Shown: piece by piece, positions 9,862 through 19,362 of the stretch
Position numbering within the stretch: position 1 is the stretch's first letter
Layout: the number at the start of each line of letters is the position of its first letter
NCBI GenBank assembly: GCA_024636575.1
Contig: JAGXGU010000098.1
Span: 1 to 33,807 of the forward strand
Origin: Altererythrobacter sp.
GTDB lineage: Bacteria; Pseudomonadota; Alphaproteobacteria; Sphingomonadales; Sphingomonadaceae
Direction of reading: 5' to 3'
DNA: 33,807 nucleotides
Program-made: the position numbers and the translations under genes
Notes under the pieces: generated by a model
What the model was told of the DNA's origin: nothing
Databases searched by the model: none
The model's input: only the letters and a program-made list of their open reading frames with translations

Positions 9862-10155
9862 TTGCGAGCAGGCTTCGTATATATCGTGACCAACCGGCGT
9901 GACGGCGTACTCTATATCGGAGTCACCAATGATCTCTCCCGCCGGATTGCCGACCACCGAAGCGGAGCCGTTTCGAGTTTCACGAAGAAGTACAATTGCC
10001 ACAATCTGGTTTGGTTTGAACGGTTTGAAAACATTCACGACGCCCGGCTGTTCGAGCGCAGGATGAAAAGTTGGAAACGGGCTTGGAAGATCAAGCGCAT
10101 CGAGGAGTTGAACCCGCAATGGAACGACCTGACCCCGGGACTTCAGCTGGCATGA
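9862..10155 (+). CDS. Stand-alone GIY-YIG nuclease (YhbQ/UPF0213-like)
   Basis: GFVYIV...LYIGVTNDLSRRIADH...FE...MKSWKRAWKIKRIEELNPQWNDL; TTG start with GGAGA SD at 9852-9856. Confidence 0.9.
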   Translation: MRAGFVYIVTNRRDGVLYIGVTNDLSRRIADHRSGAVSSFTKKYNCHNLVWFERFENIHDARLFERRMKSWKRAWKIKRIEELNPQWNDLTPGLQLA

Positions 10156-10205
10156 TGCCGCCGAAAGTAGGTCGCTGGCCATGCAGATCTTCGCTCGCGC
10201 TGAAC

Positions 10206-10231
10206 AAGGCCCCTGCCTTCGCAGGGGAGCA
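10206..10231 (-). repeat. REP-like hairpin (family 1), right flank of GIY-YIG gene, inverted
   Basis: Minus strand TGCT-CCCCTGC-GAAG-GCAGGGG-CCTT; stem 10210-10216/10221-10227. Confidence 0.8.
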
Positions 10232-10251
10232 TAGAAAGTTGGGATTGTCCC

Positions 10252-13050
10252 ATGGGTAATGAAAACCACGATTTCGAACTGGACGGACCGGCGGAAGATC
10301 CGCAGGCCGGGCCGTCATGGTCCAATCCGCGCTGGCCGATGGTGGGGGGTGACAGTGAAGACGACCTGACGCAGGCGCTCGACCCGACAGCGATGAAAAT
10401 CGCAGTCAAGGCCGCGGCGGACCGCGCCGGCAAGCTGCTGGACGAAGCGGCAATTGAGAAAGCTGCCGACGCATCGATCCGGGCGATGCTGCTGATCCGC
10501 ACCTACCGGGTGCGCGGGCATCTGGCGGCGGACCTTGATCCGCTCGGCCTCAGCCAGCGCGAATTGCCGGACGATATGAAGCTGGATTGGCACGGCTTCA
10601 CCGGAAAATCGCTGGACGAGCCGGTGTATCTCGGCGGCAATCTCAACCTCGAATGGGAAACTCCGCGCAATCTGGTCGAGGTGCTGCGCGCCAATTATTG
10701 CGGGCATGTCGGCTTTGAATATATGCATATCTCCGATGTGGAGGAACGCCGTTTCATCCAGGAACGGATCGAGGGACCAGATCAGGTTATCAAGTTCACT
10801 CCCGAAGGAAAGCGCGCCATTCTGGGCGCGGTGATCCGCGGCGAACAATATGAAAAATTCCTCGGCAAGAAATATGTCGGGACCAAGCGGTTCGGCCTCG
10901 ACGGCGGGGAAAGCATGATCCCCGCGCTGGAAGGCGTAATCAAATATGGCGGCCAGCTGGGCGTGCGCGAAATCATCTACGGCGTGGCCCACCGCGGCCG
11001 GCTGAACATCCTCGCCAATGTGATGGCCAAACCGTATAAGGTCATCTTCCACGAATTTTCCGGGGGCAGCGCCAATCCCGAGGATGTGGGTGGTTCGGGC
11101 GATGTGAAATACCACCTCGGCACCAGCACCGACCGCGAGTTTGACGGGATCGAAGTACATATGTCGCTGGTTCCCAACCCCAGCCATCTGGAAGCGGTCG
11201 ACCCGGTCGTGCTGGGCAAGGCCCGCGCGCAGCAGGCCATTCGGGACGATCTGAAGAAGAACGAACAAGTCCTGCCCGTGCTGCTCCACGGCGATGCGGC
11301 CTTTGCCGGACAGGGCGTGGTGTGGGAATGTTTCGGCCTGTCGGGCGTGCGCGGCTACAACACCGGCGGCTGCCTGCATTTCGTGGTCAACAACCAGATC
11401 GGTTTCACCACCAGCCCGCAGTTTGCCCGTTCCAGCCCCTATCCTTCCGATGTGGCCAAGGGTGTTCAGGCGCCGATCCTGCACGTCAATGGTGACAATC
11501 CCGAAGCCGTGACCTTCGCCTGCAAACTGGCGATCGAATACCGCCAGCGGTTCCACCGCGACATCGTGATCGATATGTGGTGCTACCGCCGGTTCGGCCA
11601 CAATGAAGGCGACGAGCCGAGTTTCACCCAGCCGCTGATGTATGACAAGATCCGCAAACACCCTAGGGTCAGCGAGATTTACGAAGCGCGCCTGATTGCC
11701 GAAGGCGAAGTCGTGGAAGGTTTTGCCGACAATCTGGTGGAAGAATACACCGCCCTGCTGGAAGCGGATTTCGAAGCAGCGAAAAGTTATGTCCCCAATT
11801 CCGCCGACTGGTTCACCGGCCGGTGGAGCGGGCTGCACAAGCCGGCCGATCCGGAAACCGCGCGGCGCAATGTCGACACGGGAATCGAACGCAAATTATT
11901 CGACAGCCTTGGCCGCACGCTGACCACTGTTCCCGATGATCTGCAAATCCACAAGACATTGGGCCGGGTGATCGACGCCAAGCGGGCGATGTTCGAAAGT
12001 AATGACGGGTTCGACTGGGCAACGGCTGAGGCACTCGCTTTCGGCAGCCTCGTGACCGAAGGATACGGTGTGCGCCTGTCCGGGCAGGATTCCGGGCGCG
12101 GCACCTTCAGCCAGCGCCACGCCGTGTGGACCGACCAGCAGGACGAACGCAAATATATCCCGCTCACCACCCTGCCGCACGGCAAGTTCGAGGTGTATGA
12201 CAGCACTTTGTCCGAATACGGTGTGCTCGGTTTCGAATATGGTTTTGCGCTGGCCGACCCCAAGACGCTGGTGTTGTGGGAAGCGCAGTTCGGCGATTTT
12301 GCCAATGGCGCGCAGATCATCATCGACCAGTTCATCGCAGCGGGCGAAGCCAAGTGGCTGCGGGCTAACGGTCTGGTGATGCTGCTACCGCATGGCTATG
12401 AAGGCCAGGGTCCGGAACATTCCAGCGCCCGGCTCGAACGATTCCTGCAACTATGCGCAAATGACAATATCCAGGTCTGCAACATCACCTTGCCGGCCAA
12501 TTACTTCCACGTGTTGCGGCGGCAGATGCTGCGTCCGTTCCGCAAACCGTTGATCATCATGACCCCCAAGAGCCTGCTTCGGCATCCTCTGGCCAAAAGT
12601 TCGGCAGATGAATTTACCGGTGACAGCCATTTCCGGCGCATCGTCAGCGACACGGCAGACATTGCGGACGAGAAAATCCGCCGGCTGGTGCTGTGCAGCG
12701 GCAAGGTCGCCTATGATCTGATGCAGAAGCGCGACGAGGAAGGGCTGGACGATGTCTCGATCGTGCGGCTTGAACAGATCTATCCCTTCCCCGGCGAACC
12801 GCTTGGCATACGATTGAGCCGCATGACAAAGCTGGAAGAAATCGTCTGGTGTCAGGAAGAACCGCACAATAACGGTGCGTGGTTCTTTGTGGACCGGTTG
12901 ATCGAACAGGCGGCGGCGGCAGCAGGCAAGAACCTGCGGCCAACCTACGCCGGGCGCGAAGCGTCGGCATCACCGGCAACAGGTTTTGCCAAAAAGCATG
13001 AAGAACAACAGGCTGCACTGGTCGCAGCGGCCCTCGGCTTGAATATTTAA
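10252..13050 (+). CDS. sucA: 2-oxoglutarate dehydrogenase E1
   Basis: [70 protein letters not shown]. Confidence 0.98.
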   Translation: MGNENHDFELDGPAEDPQAGPSWSNPRWPMVGGDSEDDLTQALDPTAMKIAVKAAADRAGKLLDEAAIEKAADASIRAMLLIRTYRVRGHLAADLDPLGLSQRELPDDMKLDWHGFTGKSLDEPVYLGGNLNLEWETPRNLVEVLRANYCGHVGFEYMHISDVEERRFIQERIEGPDQVIKFTPEGKRAILGAVIRGEQYEKFLGKKYVGTKRFGLDGGESMIPALEGVIKYGGQLGVREIIYGVAHRGRLNILANVMAKPYKVIFHEFSGGSANPEDVGGSGDVKYHLGTSTDREFDGIEVHMSLVPNPSHLEAVDPVVLGKARAQQAIRDDLKKNEQVLPVLLHGDAAFAGQGVVWECFGLSGVRGYNTGGCLHFVVNNQIGFTTSPQFARSSPYPSDVAKGVQAPILHVNGDNPEAVTFACKLAIEYRQRFHRDIVIDMWCYRRFGHNEGDEPSFTQPLMYDKIRKHPRVSEIYEARLIAEGEVVEGFADNLVEEYTALLEADFEAAKSYVPNSADWFTGRWSGLHKPADPETARRNVDTGIERKLFDSLGRTLTTVPDDLQIHKTLGRVIDAKRAMFESNDGFDWATAEALAFGSLVTEGYGVRLSGQDSGRGTFSQRHAVWTDQQDERKYIPLTTLPHGKFEVYDSTLSEYGVLGFEYGFALADPKTLVLWEAQFGDFANGAQIIIDQFIAAGEAKWLRANGLVMLLPHGYEGQGPEHSSARLERFLQLCANDNIQVCNITLPANYFHVLRRQMLRPFRKPLIIMTPKSLLRHPLAKSSADEFTGDSHFRRIVSDTADIADEKIRRLVLCSGKVAYDLMQKRDEEGLDDVSIVRLEQIYPFPGEPLGIRLSRMTKLEEIVWCQEEPHNNGAWFFVDRLIEQAAAAAGKNLRPTYAGREASASPATGFAKKHEEQQAALVAAALGLNI

Positions 13051-13090
13051 CACGCGGTTTGCAGCGGCAGGAACTCAGGAAACAGGCACT

Positions 13091-14371
13091 ATGGCACTTG
13101 AAATCAAAGTCCCGGCATTGGGCGAATCCGTAACCGAAGGCACCATTGGCGAATGGCTGAAACAGCCGGGCGACCGGGTGGAAGCGGACGAGCCGATTGC
13201 GAGCCTCGAAACGGACAAGGTCGCGATCGAAGTGCCATCCCCCGTGGCGGGCGTGATTGGCGAACTGAGAGCGGCCGTAGGTGATACGGTGGAAGTCGGC
13301 GCGGTGATCGCGACGGTCGAGGAAGGCGCTGCGGCTGCCAGCCCGGCCCCCGCAACAACTCCTGCCCCTACCCCCGCAGCAGCACCCCCAGCAACCCCCG
13401 CGCCAGCCTCGGCCCCCGCAGGAAGCGGCGAAACAGCCCCGCAAACCGCCGCATCCGATGCCTCGCAAACCCTTTCCCCCGCCGTCCGCCGCGCCGTGCT
13501 GGAACACGGGATCGACCCGTCCACGGTCAAAGGTACCGGCAAGGATGGCCGCCTGACCAAGGAAGACGTGCTGGCCGCTGCCAAGGCCAAGGGAGACGAA
13601 GCCGCGCCTGCCCCGGCCGCGTCAACACCGGCGGCGGCTTCTGAAGATACGCATTCACGCCGGTCCGGCGACCGCAAGACCGAGCGCGTCAAGATGACCC
13701 GGATGCGGCAGACGATCGCCAAGCGGCTCAAGAATGCTCAGGATACTGCGGCATTGCTGACCACTTTCAACGATGTCGACATGACCGCGGTGATCGAAGC
13801 GCGAGAGAAATACAAGGATCTGTTCGCCAAGAAGCATGACATCAAGCTGGGCTTCATGGGCTTCTTCGCGAAAGCCGCACATCTGGCGCTGAAGGATGTC
13901 CCCTCGGTCAATGCGCAGATCGACGGCGACGAGATCGTCTATCACGATTACGTCGATATTTCGGTTGCAGTCAGCGCGCCCGGCGGGCTGGTTGTCCCGG
14001 TGGTGCGCGATGTCGACAAGAAGGGCTTTGCCCAAATCGAAAAGGACATCGCCGATTTCGGGAAGCGCGCGAAGGACGGCACGCTGACCATGGCCGACAT
14101 GACCGGAGGCACCTTCACCATCTCCAACGGCGGGGTTTTCGGTTCGCTGATGTCGACCCCGATCATCAACCCGCCGCAGAGCGCCGTGCTCGGCCTGCAC
14201 CGGATCGAAGACCGCGTTGTGGTGATAGACGGCGAAATGGTGATCCGCCCGATGATGTATATCGCGCTTTCCTATGACCACCGGCTGATTGACGGGCGCG
14301 AGGCGGTAACCGCGCTGAAAATCATCAAGGATGCGATCGAAGACCCCACGCGGATGCTGATTGATTTGTGA
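13091..14371 (+). CDS. sucB: Dihydrolipoamide succinyltransferase E2
   Basis: Lipoyl ETDKV, E3-binding SPAVRR...[13 protein letters not shown], catalytic SYDHRLIDG. Confidence 0.98.
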   Translation: MALEIKVPALGESVTEGTIGEWLKQPGDRVEADEPIASLETDKVAIEVPSPVAGVIGELRAAVGDTVEVGAVIATVEEGAAAASPAPATTPAPTPAAAPPATPAPASAPAGSGETAPQTAASDASQTLSPAVRRAVLEHGIDPSTVKGTGKDGRLTKEDVLAAAKAKGDEAAPAPAASTPAAASEDTHSRRSGDRKTERVKMTRMRQTIAKRLKNAQDTAALLTTFNDVDMTAVIEAREKYKDLFAKKHDIKLGFMGFFAKAAHLALKDVPSVNAQIDGDEIVYHDYVDISVAVSAPGGLVVPVVRDVDKKGFAQIEKDIADFGKRAKDGTLTMADMTGGTFTISNGGVFGSLMSTPIINPPQSAVLGLHRIEDRVVVIDGEMVIRPMMYIALSYDHRLIDGREAVTALKIIKDAIEDPTRMLIDL

Positions 14372-14380
14372 TGATGAAAC

Positions 14381-14480
14381 TGCGCCAGCATCCTTCGACA
14401 AGCTCTGGATGAGCGGATGTTGTGCGGCTAGAGAATACCAGACCCCGCTCGTGCTGAGCTTGTCGAAGCACGCTGGCGCA
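14381..14480. repeat. Inverted-repeat doublet (family 3, CTTCGACAAGCTC core) between sucB and lpdA
   Basis: 36-nt arms 14381-14416 and 14445-14480, 31/36 reverse-complementary by manual count, 28-nt spacer. Confidence 0.9.
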
Positions 14481-14493
14481 ACGGAGCAAGCCC

Positions 14494-15915
14494 ATGGCTG
14501 ACCAAACTTACGATTACGATGTCCTGATCATCGGTGCCGGCCCCGGCGGCTATGTCGCGGCAATCCGCGCGGCGCAGCTGGGCCTGAAGACCGCTTGCGT
14601 GGAAAGCCGCGAGACGCTGGGCGGGACGTGCCTCAATGTCGGCTGCATTCCGTCCAAATCATTGCTGCACGCTTCCGAATTGCTGGACGAGGTCAATAAT
14701 GGCCACATGGCGACCTGGGGCATTACCGCCACCGCGAAGCTCGATCTGGGCGCGATGATGGCAGAAAAGACCAAGGCGGTCGGCGATCTGACCGGCGGGA
14801 TCGAATTCCTGTTCAAGAAGAACAAGGTCACCTGGATCAAGGGCCACGCTGCGTTTCAGGATGCGCATACGGTCAAGGTTGGTGACGAGACGCACACCGC
14901 CAAAGACATCGTCATCGCGACAGGTTCCAGCGTAACGCCGCTACCGGGTGTCGAGGTCGATAATGACCCCAAAGGAAAAAATGGGGGCCGGATCGTCGAT
15001 TCCACCGGCGCACTCAAATTGTCCGAAGTGCCCGACCATCTGGTGGTGATCGGCGGCGGCGTAATCGGGCTGGAACTGGGCTCGGTCTGGCGGCGGCTCG
15101 GCGCGAAGGTCACCGTGGTCGAATATCTCGACATGCTGCTGCCCGGCATGGACACCGATGTCCGCAAGGAAGCGGGCAAGATCTTCAAGAAGCAGGGCAT
15201 GGATATCCGGCTCAAAAGCAAGGTCACCGGCGCGTCGGTAAAAGGCAAGAAGGTCACGCTAACGGTCGAGCCTGCCGCAGGCGGCGATGTTGAAACGATC
15301 GAAGCAAGCCATGTGCTGGTGTCGATTGGCCGGCGCCCCAATGTGGACGGCCTCAATATCGATGCCATCGGGCTGGAGCTGAACAAGCGCGGCCAGATCG
15401 AAACAGCGCATGATTTCCGCACCAAGGTGGAAGGCGTCTGGGCTGTCGGCGACGTGATTCCCGGCCCCATGCTCGCCCACAAGGCAGAGGATGAAGGCAT
15501 TGCGGTGGCAGAATTCATTGCCGGACAAACGGGCATCGTGAACCACGCCGTCATTCCGGGTGTGGTCTATACCATGCCGGAATTCGCCGATGTCGGGATG
15601 ACCGAGGATGAAGCGAAGGAAGCCGGGCACACCGTCAAGGTCGGAAAATTCCCGATGATGGCCAATAGCCGCGCCAAGGCCAACCGCGACACCGATGGTT
15701 TCGTGAAAGTCATCGCCGATGCCGAAACCGACCGCGTGCTGGGCGTCCATATCGTCGCCAGCCTGGCCGGAACGATGATCGCGGAAGCGGCCATTGCGAT
15801 GGAATTCGGCGCGACTTCGGAAGACATCGCCTATACCTGCCACGCCCACCCGACCCATGCCGAAGCGTTGAAAGAAGCGGCTATGGCGGTTCAGGGCAAA
15901 CCGATCCATATGTGA
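14494..15915 (+). CDS. lpdA: Dihydrolipoamide dehydrogenase E3
   Basis: [37 protein letters not shown]. Confidence 0.98.
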   Translation: MADQTYDYDVLIIGAGPGGYVAAIRAAQLGLKTACVESRETLGGTCLNVGCIPSKSLLHASELLDEVNNGHMATWGITATAKLDLGAMMAEKTKAVGDLTGGIEFLFKKNKVTWIKGHAAFQDAHTVKVGDETHTAKDIVIATGSSVTPLPGVEVDNDPKGKNGGRIVDSTGALKLSEVPDHLVVIGGGVIGLELGSVWRRLGAKVTVVEYLDMLLPGMDTDVRKEAGKIFKKQGMDIRLKSKVTGASVKGKKVTLTVEPAAGGDVETIEASHVLVSIGRRPNVDGLNIDAIGLELNKRGQIETAHDFRTKVEGVWAVGDVIPGPMLAHKAEDEGIAVAEFIAGQTGIVNHAVIPGVVYTMPEFADVGMTEDEAKEAGHTVKVGKFPMMANSRAKANRDTDGFVKVIADAETDRVLGVHIVASLAGTMIAEAAIAMEFGATSEDIAYTCHAHPTHAEALKEAAMAVQGKPIHM

Positions 15916-15919
15916 TTCC

Positions 15920-16348
15920 ATGACACAGACAATCCCACCCTTTCACCTCGCCTTTCCCGTCGATGATCTGGCGGCAGCGCGCGAATTCTACGGCGCGGTC
16001 CTGGGCTGTCCGGAAGGCCGCAGTTCGGATCAGTGGATCGATTTCGATTTCTTCGGCCACCAGATCGTGACCCATCTGGCACCGCCGCGCGCCAGCGCCG
16101 ATGCGGCGGCCAATCCGGTGGACGGGCATGATGTGCCGGTGCCGCATTTCGGCGTGGTGCTGGAAATGGCGGACTGGCGCCAACTGGCCGACCGGCTAAC
16201 CGCTTCGGGATTAACATTCGCCATAGAACCGACCATCCGTTTCGAAGGGCAGGTTGGCGAACAGGCGACGATGTTCTTCCGCGACCCAAGCGGCAATGCG
16301 CTGGAGATCAAGGCGATGGCCGATCCGGCAGCCCTGTTCGCGCGCTGA
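15920..16348 (+). CDS. VOC/glyoxalase superfamily protein
   Basis: [19 protein letters not shown]...[14 protein letters not shown]...[10 protein letters not shown]...[13 protein letters not shown]. Confidence 0.9.
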   Translation: MTQTIPPFHLAFPVDDLAAAREFYGAVLGCPEGRSSDQWIDFDFFGHQIVTHLAPPRASADAAANPVDGHDVPVPHFGVVLEMADWRQLADRLTASGLTFAIEPTIRFEGQVGEQATMFFRDPSGNALEIKAMADPAALFAR

Positions 16349-16420
16349 TCCCTGCCCTGTGGTCGGCAGCATTCTAGCGCGGCAATTCTCCGTCCCCACC
16401 GCCTGAAAAGGATGCTGTAA

Positions 16421-17119
16421 GTGGCCAAATCGACCTGGATGCTCCGTTTTGCCCGCTGGCACATCTGGCTGGGCTGGCTGGTCGGTGTTCCCATCGTGAT
16501 GTGGATGGTTACCGGATTGGTGATGGTCGCCCGGCCGATTGACGAAGTGCGCGGCAATCATTTGCGGATCGAACAGGCGCAGGAATCCCTTCCGCCCGAC
16601 ACCGCGATTACGGTTGCCTTGCCCGGCGATACAGACCGTCCGGTCAAATCGGTCCATACGGCGATGGTATCGGGCCGGCCGGTCACTTCAATCGAATATA
16701 TGGACGGCGCGCTGGAACGGTTCAGCAATAGCGGGGCGCGGCTGCCGCCACTCAACGAAATCGAGGCGCGCGTAATCGCCGCTGAGCAAATCATCGGCGG
16801 CGACAAGATTGCGGCGATCACCGCTTTTGAAGCAGACCGGGTTCCGTTCGATTTTCGCCGCCCGATACCGGTATGGCAAGTCGAGCTGGAAAATGGGGCC
16901 CGGGTCTACATCGGGCGCGATACGGGCCGTATCGAAGGGGTCCGCACCCGGTGGTGGCGTCTGTTCGATTTCATGTGGGGCCTGCATATCATGGACCTGC
17001 AAACGCGGGAGGATACATCGCATCCGATCCTGATCCTGTTCGCCGCGCTGGGCCTTACCGGGTCACTGCTCGGCACAATCCTGATGTTCCGCCGCCGTAA
17101 GGCGAGGGTTCGGGCGTGA
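16421..17119 (+). CDS. PepSY-associated TM domain protein
   Basis: RWHIWLGWLVG...WMVTGLVM; FDFMWGLHIMD; C-terminal TM helix; GTG start after AGGA. Confidence 0.8.
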   Translation: MAKSTWMLRFARWHIWLGWLVGVPIVMWMVTGLVMVARPIDEVRGNHLRIEQAQESLPPDTAITVALPGDTDRPVKSVHTAMVSGRPVTSIEYMDGALERFSNSGARLPPLNEIEARVIAAEQIIGGDKIAAITAFEADRVPFDFRRPIPVWQVELENGARVYIGRDTGRIEGVRTRWWRLFDFMWGLHIMDLQTREDTSHPILILFAALGLTGSLLGTILMFRRRKARVRA

Positions 17120-17802
17120 CCGCGGCGCTCGTCCCGGCTGTGCTGCCGCCGGCGCTCGATCTGGCAGGTACCGCCGTATTTGCGCTGACCGGTGCGCTGC
17201 TGGCGGCGCGGCTGCGGCAGACTTTCGTGACCATGGCGTTCTTCGCGCTGATCACCGGTGTCGGCGGCGGCAGCTTGCGCGACATGTTGATCGGCACGCC
17301 CGCATTCTGGACGCAGAACCCATGGGTCGCGCCGGTCATCTTCGCAACCGCTCTTGTGGCGTGGTTCACTCCGCGCCGCTGGTGGGAGGGGGAATTGCTG
17401 GAATGGGCCGATGCCGCAGGCCTGGCCGCATTTGCCGTGCTGGGCACCGCCAAGGCACTGGGTTTCGGTGTGGCACCCGTGCCCGCGATGGTCATGGGCG
17501 TGATCACCGGATGCGCGGGCGGCGTCATCCGCGATGTGATTGCCGGCGAAGCCTCGATCATCATGCGGCCGGAACTATATGTGACTGCCGCTGCCTTGTC
17601 GGCACTGCTTACCATGCTCGGTTCGGTTTTCGGACTGGCCGATGCGCTGGTCTGGGCTGCCGCATGGGTGGCGGGCTTCGCCCTGCGCGGGGCGGCGATC
17701 AAATGGAAACTCTCGCTCCCTGCGTATCGGGAGGCCGCGTCTGACGACGAAGCCTCTAAGGACAAACAGGGCGATGATAATTCCGGAACGAAGCTGCCTT
17801 AG
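17116..17802 (+). CDS. Trimeric intracellular cation channel family (UPF0126) membrane protein
   Basis: LDLAGTAVFALTGAL, GVGGGSLRD, DAAGLAAF, GCAGGVIRDV, ELYVTAA; GTGA overlap. Confidence 0.9.
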   Translation: MTAALVPAVLPPALDLAGTAVFALTGALLAARLRQTFVTMAFFALITGVGGGSLRDMLIGTPAFWTQNPWVAPVIFATALVAWFTPRRWWEGELLEWADAAGLAAFAVLGTAKALGFGVAPVPAMVMGVITGCAGGVIRDVIAGEASIIMRPELYVTAAALSALLTMLGSVFGLADALVWAAAWVAGFALRGAAIKWKLSLPAYREAASDDEASKDKQGDDNSGTKLP

Positions 17803-18566
17803 CTACCGTAGCGGTCATCCTGGCCAGCCGGGTATTCCTGATTTTCTTCGTAATTATCGCTCGGTAAAGGCCCACCGGGATAGGCCGGTGCCTGTGCGGA
17901 CGTATCCGGGGATGTGCCCGAATTATCGCCAATCGGCGCGGCGGGGGCGGCATTGCCCCATGCTGCGGCGTAGCGGTCGTCGCTCCACTGGCTATCATCC
18001 GGCTGGCTGGAATTGCTCTGAAACGCACCGCGACCGCCATAGCTGACATCGTCGATCCGGCCATCCCGGCCGACCTGGCACGTGAAACCATCGCCATTGT
18101 ATAGCGTGCCGGATACCAGCCAGCCATCGCCCGACCGTGAAATTGCATCGACGCCGCTTACCCGGGCATCGCGTTCAATCTCGCGCACGCACATATCTGC
18201 TGCACGGTCGATTCCCTGCGCGCCAGTATAGCGGGAATCGCCGCGATACTCGCTCGACCGGCCCGGATATCGCGGCGGATAGCTGCGCGGTTGGCTTGGC
18301 TTCGACACGGCACTGGCGACTGCCGCGATCGCACCAATAACCAGCAGGCCGCCAATTACATCACCAGCATCAATCCGGTCATGGTGGCGGCGATGACGAT
18401 ACCGGTCCCGCTGGACATTCTCGCTATCGGCATTCCAAACTGCATAACCCGGTGCGGCTGGATTGGCGGCCCGAACAGGAAGTTCAGCCGAAAGTGCCGG
18501 TGTTGCCGCCATGGTCAAGGCTGCAACCAGCGCTGCTGACGAGGAGTAGAGGGAAATGCTTTTCAT
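17799..18566 (-). CDS. Secreted/membrane hypothetical protein, paralog A
   Basis: Signal peptide, Gly-rich hydrophobic helix, two-Cys C-terminal domain similar to the neighbouring gene. Confidence 0.8.
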   Translation of the reverse strand: MKSISLYSSSAALVAALTMAATPALSAELPVRAANPAAPGYAVWNADSENVQRDRYRHRRHHDRIDAGDVIGGLLVIGAIAAVASAVSKPSQPRSYPPRYPGRSSEYRGDSRYTGAQGIDRAADMCVREIERDARVSGVDAISRSGDGWLVSGTLYNGDGFTCQVGRDGRIDDVSYGGRGAFQSNSSQPDDSQWSDDRYAAAWGNAAPAAPIGDNSGTSPDTSAQAPAYPGGPLPSDNYEENQEYPAGQDDRYGS

Positions 18567-18601
18567 TTTATGGTCCCTGCCGGATGTATGACGTGAAAGG
18601 A

Positions 18602-18637
18602 TAAGCGGCCCAGGCTTTCATCAGCCTGAACCGCTTA
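18602..18637 (-). terminator. Hairpin between the two paralogs (terminator or processing site)
   Basis: TAAGCGG-TT-CAGGCT-GATGAA-AGCCTG-GG-CCGCTTA on minus strand, weak U-tract. Confidence 0.4.
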
Positions 18638-18656
18638 CCTTGTCTAAACCCGGCGA

Positions 18657-19229
18657 TCAACGCAGGCCGCGGATGCCGCTGTAATCGAGACCGACCACCC
18701 GGCCGTTCGAAATATCGCAGGTGAACTTGCCGCTATCTGCGCGGTAGCCCCGATCATTGCGATCATTGCGATCATAGCGGTCATAGCGGTCATAGCGATT
18801 GCCGTACCCGCGAGCGCCCTGCACGTCGATGCGGCCCTTTACACGCCAGCCATAGCGTGTGTCGTCCACATCGCGGATGTCGGTGACATTCGCATGGCGA
18901 TAGCCACTGCGCTGGGCATTTCGCTCAGCCGCCTGAACGCATTGCTGGACTGCAGCGCGCGGATTTCCGCGGCCATAATAATCATTGTAACCGCCGCGGC
19001 GGTCGTCCGGGTTATAGCGGTAACCATCATTGTAATTCCGGTCATATCCGCGGTCCCTGTTCGAGGCGGAGGCGATCGCGGCAATACCGCCAATGATCAC
19101 GGCACCGGCGATGATCTCGCCTGCGCTGATGCCGGCGTCCCGGTCACGGGCAAAGGCTGGTGCTGCAGACGTCATCGCCATTGCGCCAGCGGCGACGGTT
19201 CCGACAAGTGTTTTGGTAATGGTATTCAT
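18657..19229 (-). CDS. Secreted/membrane hypothetical protein, paralog B
   Basis: Signal peptide ending APAFA, GEIIAGAVIIGGIAAIASAS helix, R/D/Y/G-rich linkers, two-Cys domain; GAGG SD. Confidence 0.85.
   Translation of the reverse strand: MNTITKTLVGTVAAGAMAMTSAAPAFARDRDAGISAGEIIAGAVIIGGIAAIASASNRDRGYDRNYNDGYRYNPDDRRGGYNDYYGRGNPRAAVQQCVQAAERNAQRSGYRHANVTDIRDVDDTRYGWRVKGRIDVQGARGYGNRYDRYDRYDRNDRNDRGYRADSGKFTCDISNGRVVGLDYSGIRGLR
18751..18795. repeat. Five 9-bp tandem units CG(A/G)TCAT(T/A)G encoding YDR/NDR
   Basis: cgatcattg x2, cgatcatag, cggtcatag x2. Confidence 0.85.
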
Positions 19230-19362
19230 GGGTCGTTCCTCGCTTGGCGCCAGTGCGGGAGTGCTCCGGCGTCAAACAGGGTCTAGGCGATTCGCCCTTT
19301 TGGCAGCCTGAATTGAGCTGACAGCAATTGTTCAGGAAAGTAGCACCTTTTATGAACAATTG

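Noticed and set aside
9803-10251. GIY-YIG region as an IS element or group I intron homing unit
   Set aside because: No DDE or HUH transposase, no long terminal repeats or target duplication, intergenic location, and too little flanking sequence for an intron core.
10315-11838. Long antisense and alternate-frame ORFs (e.g. 507 aa here, also 591-1718, 1193-2230, 6117-7166, 9124-10269, 31571-32413)
   Set aside because: Shadows of well-supported genes in GC-rich, codon-biased DNA; no recognisable motifs.
13330-13460. Ala/Pro/Thr low-complexity repeats in sucB
   Set aside because: Normal flexible E2 linker.
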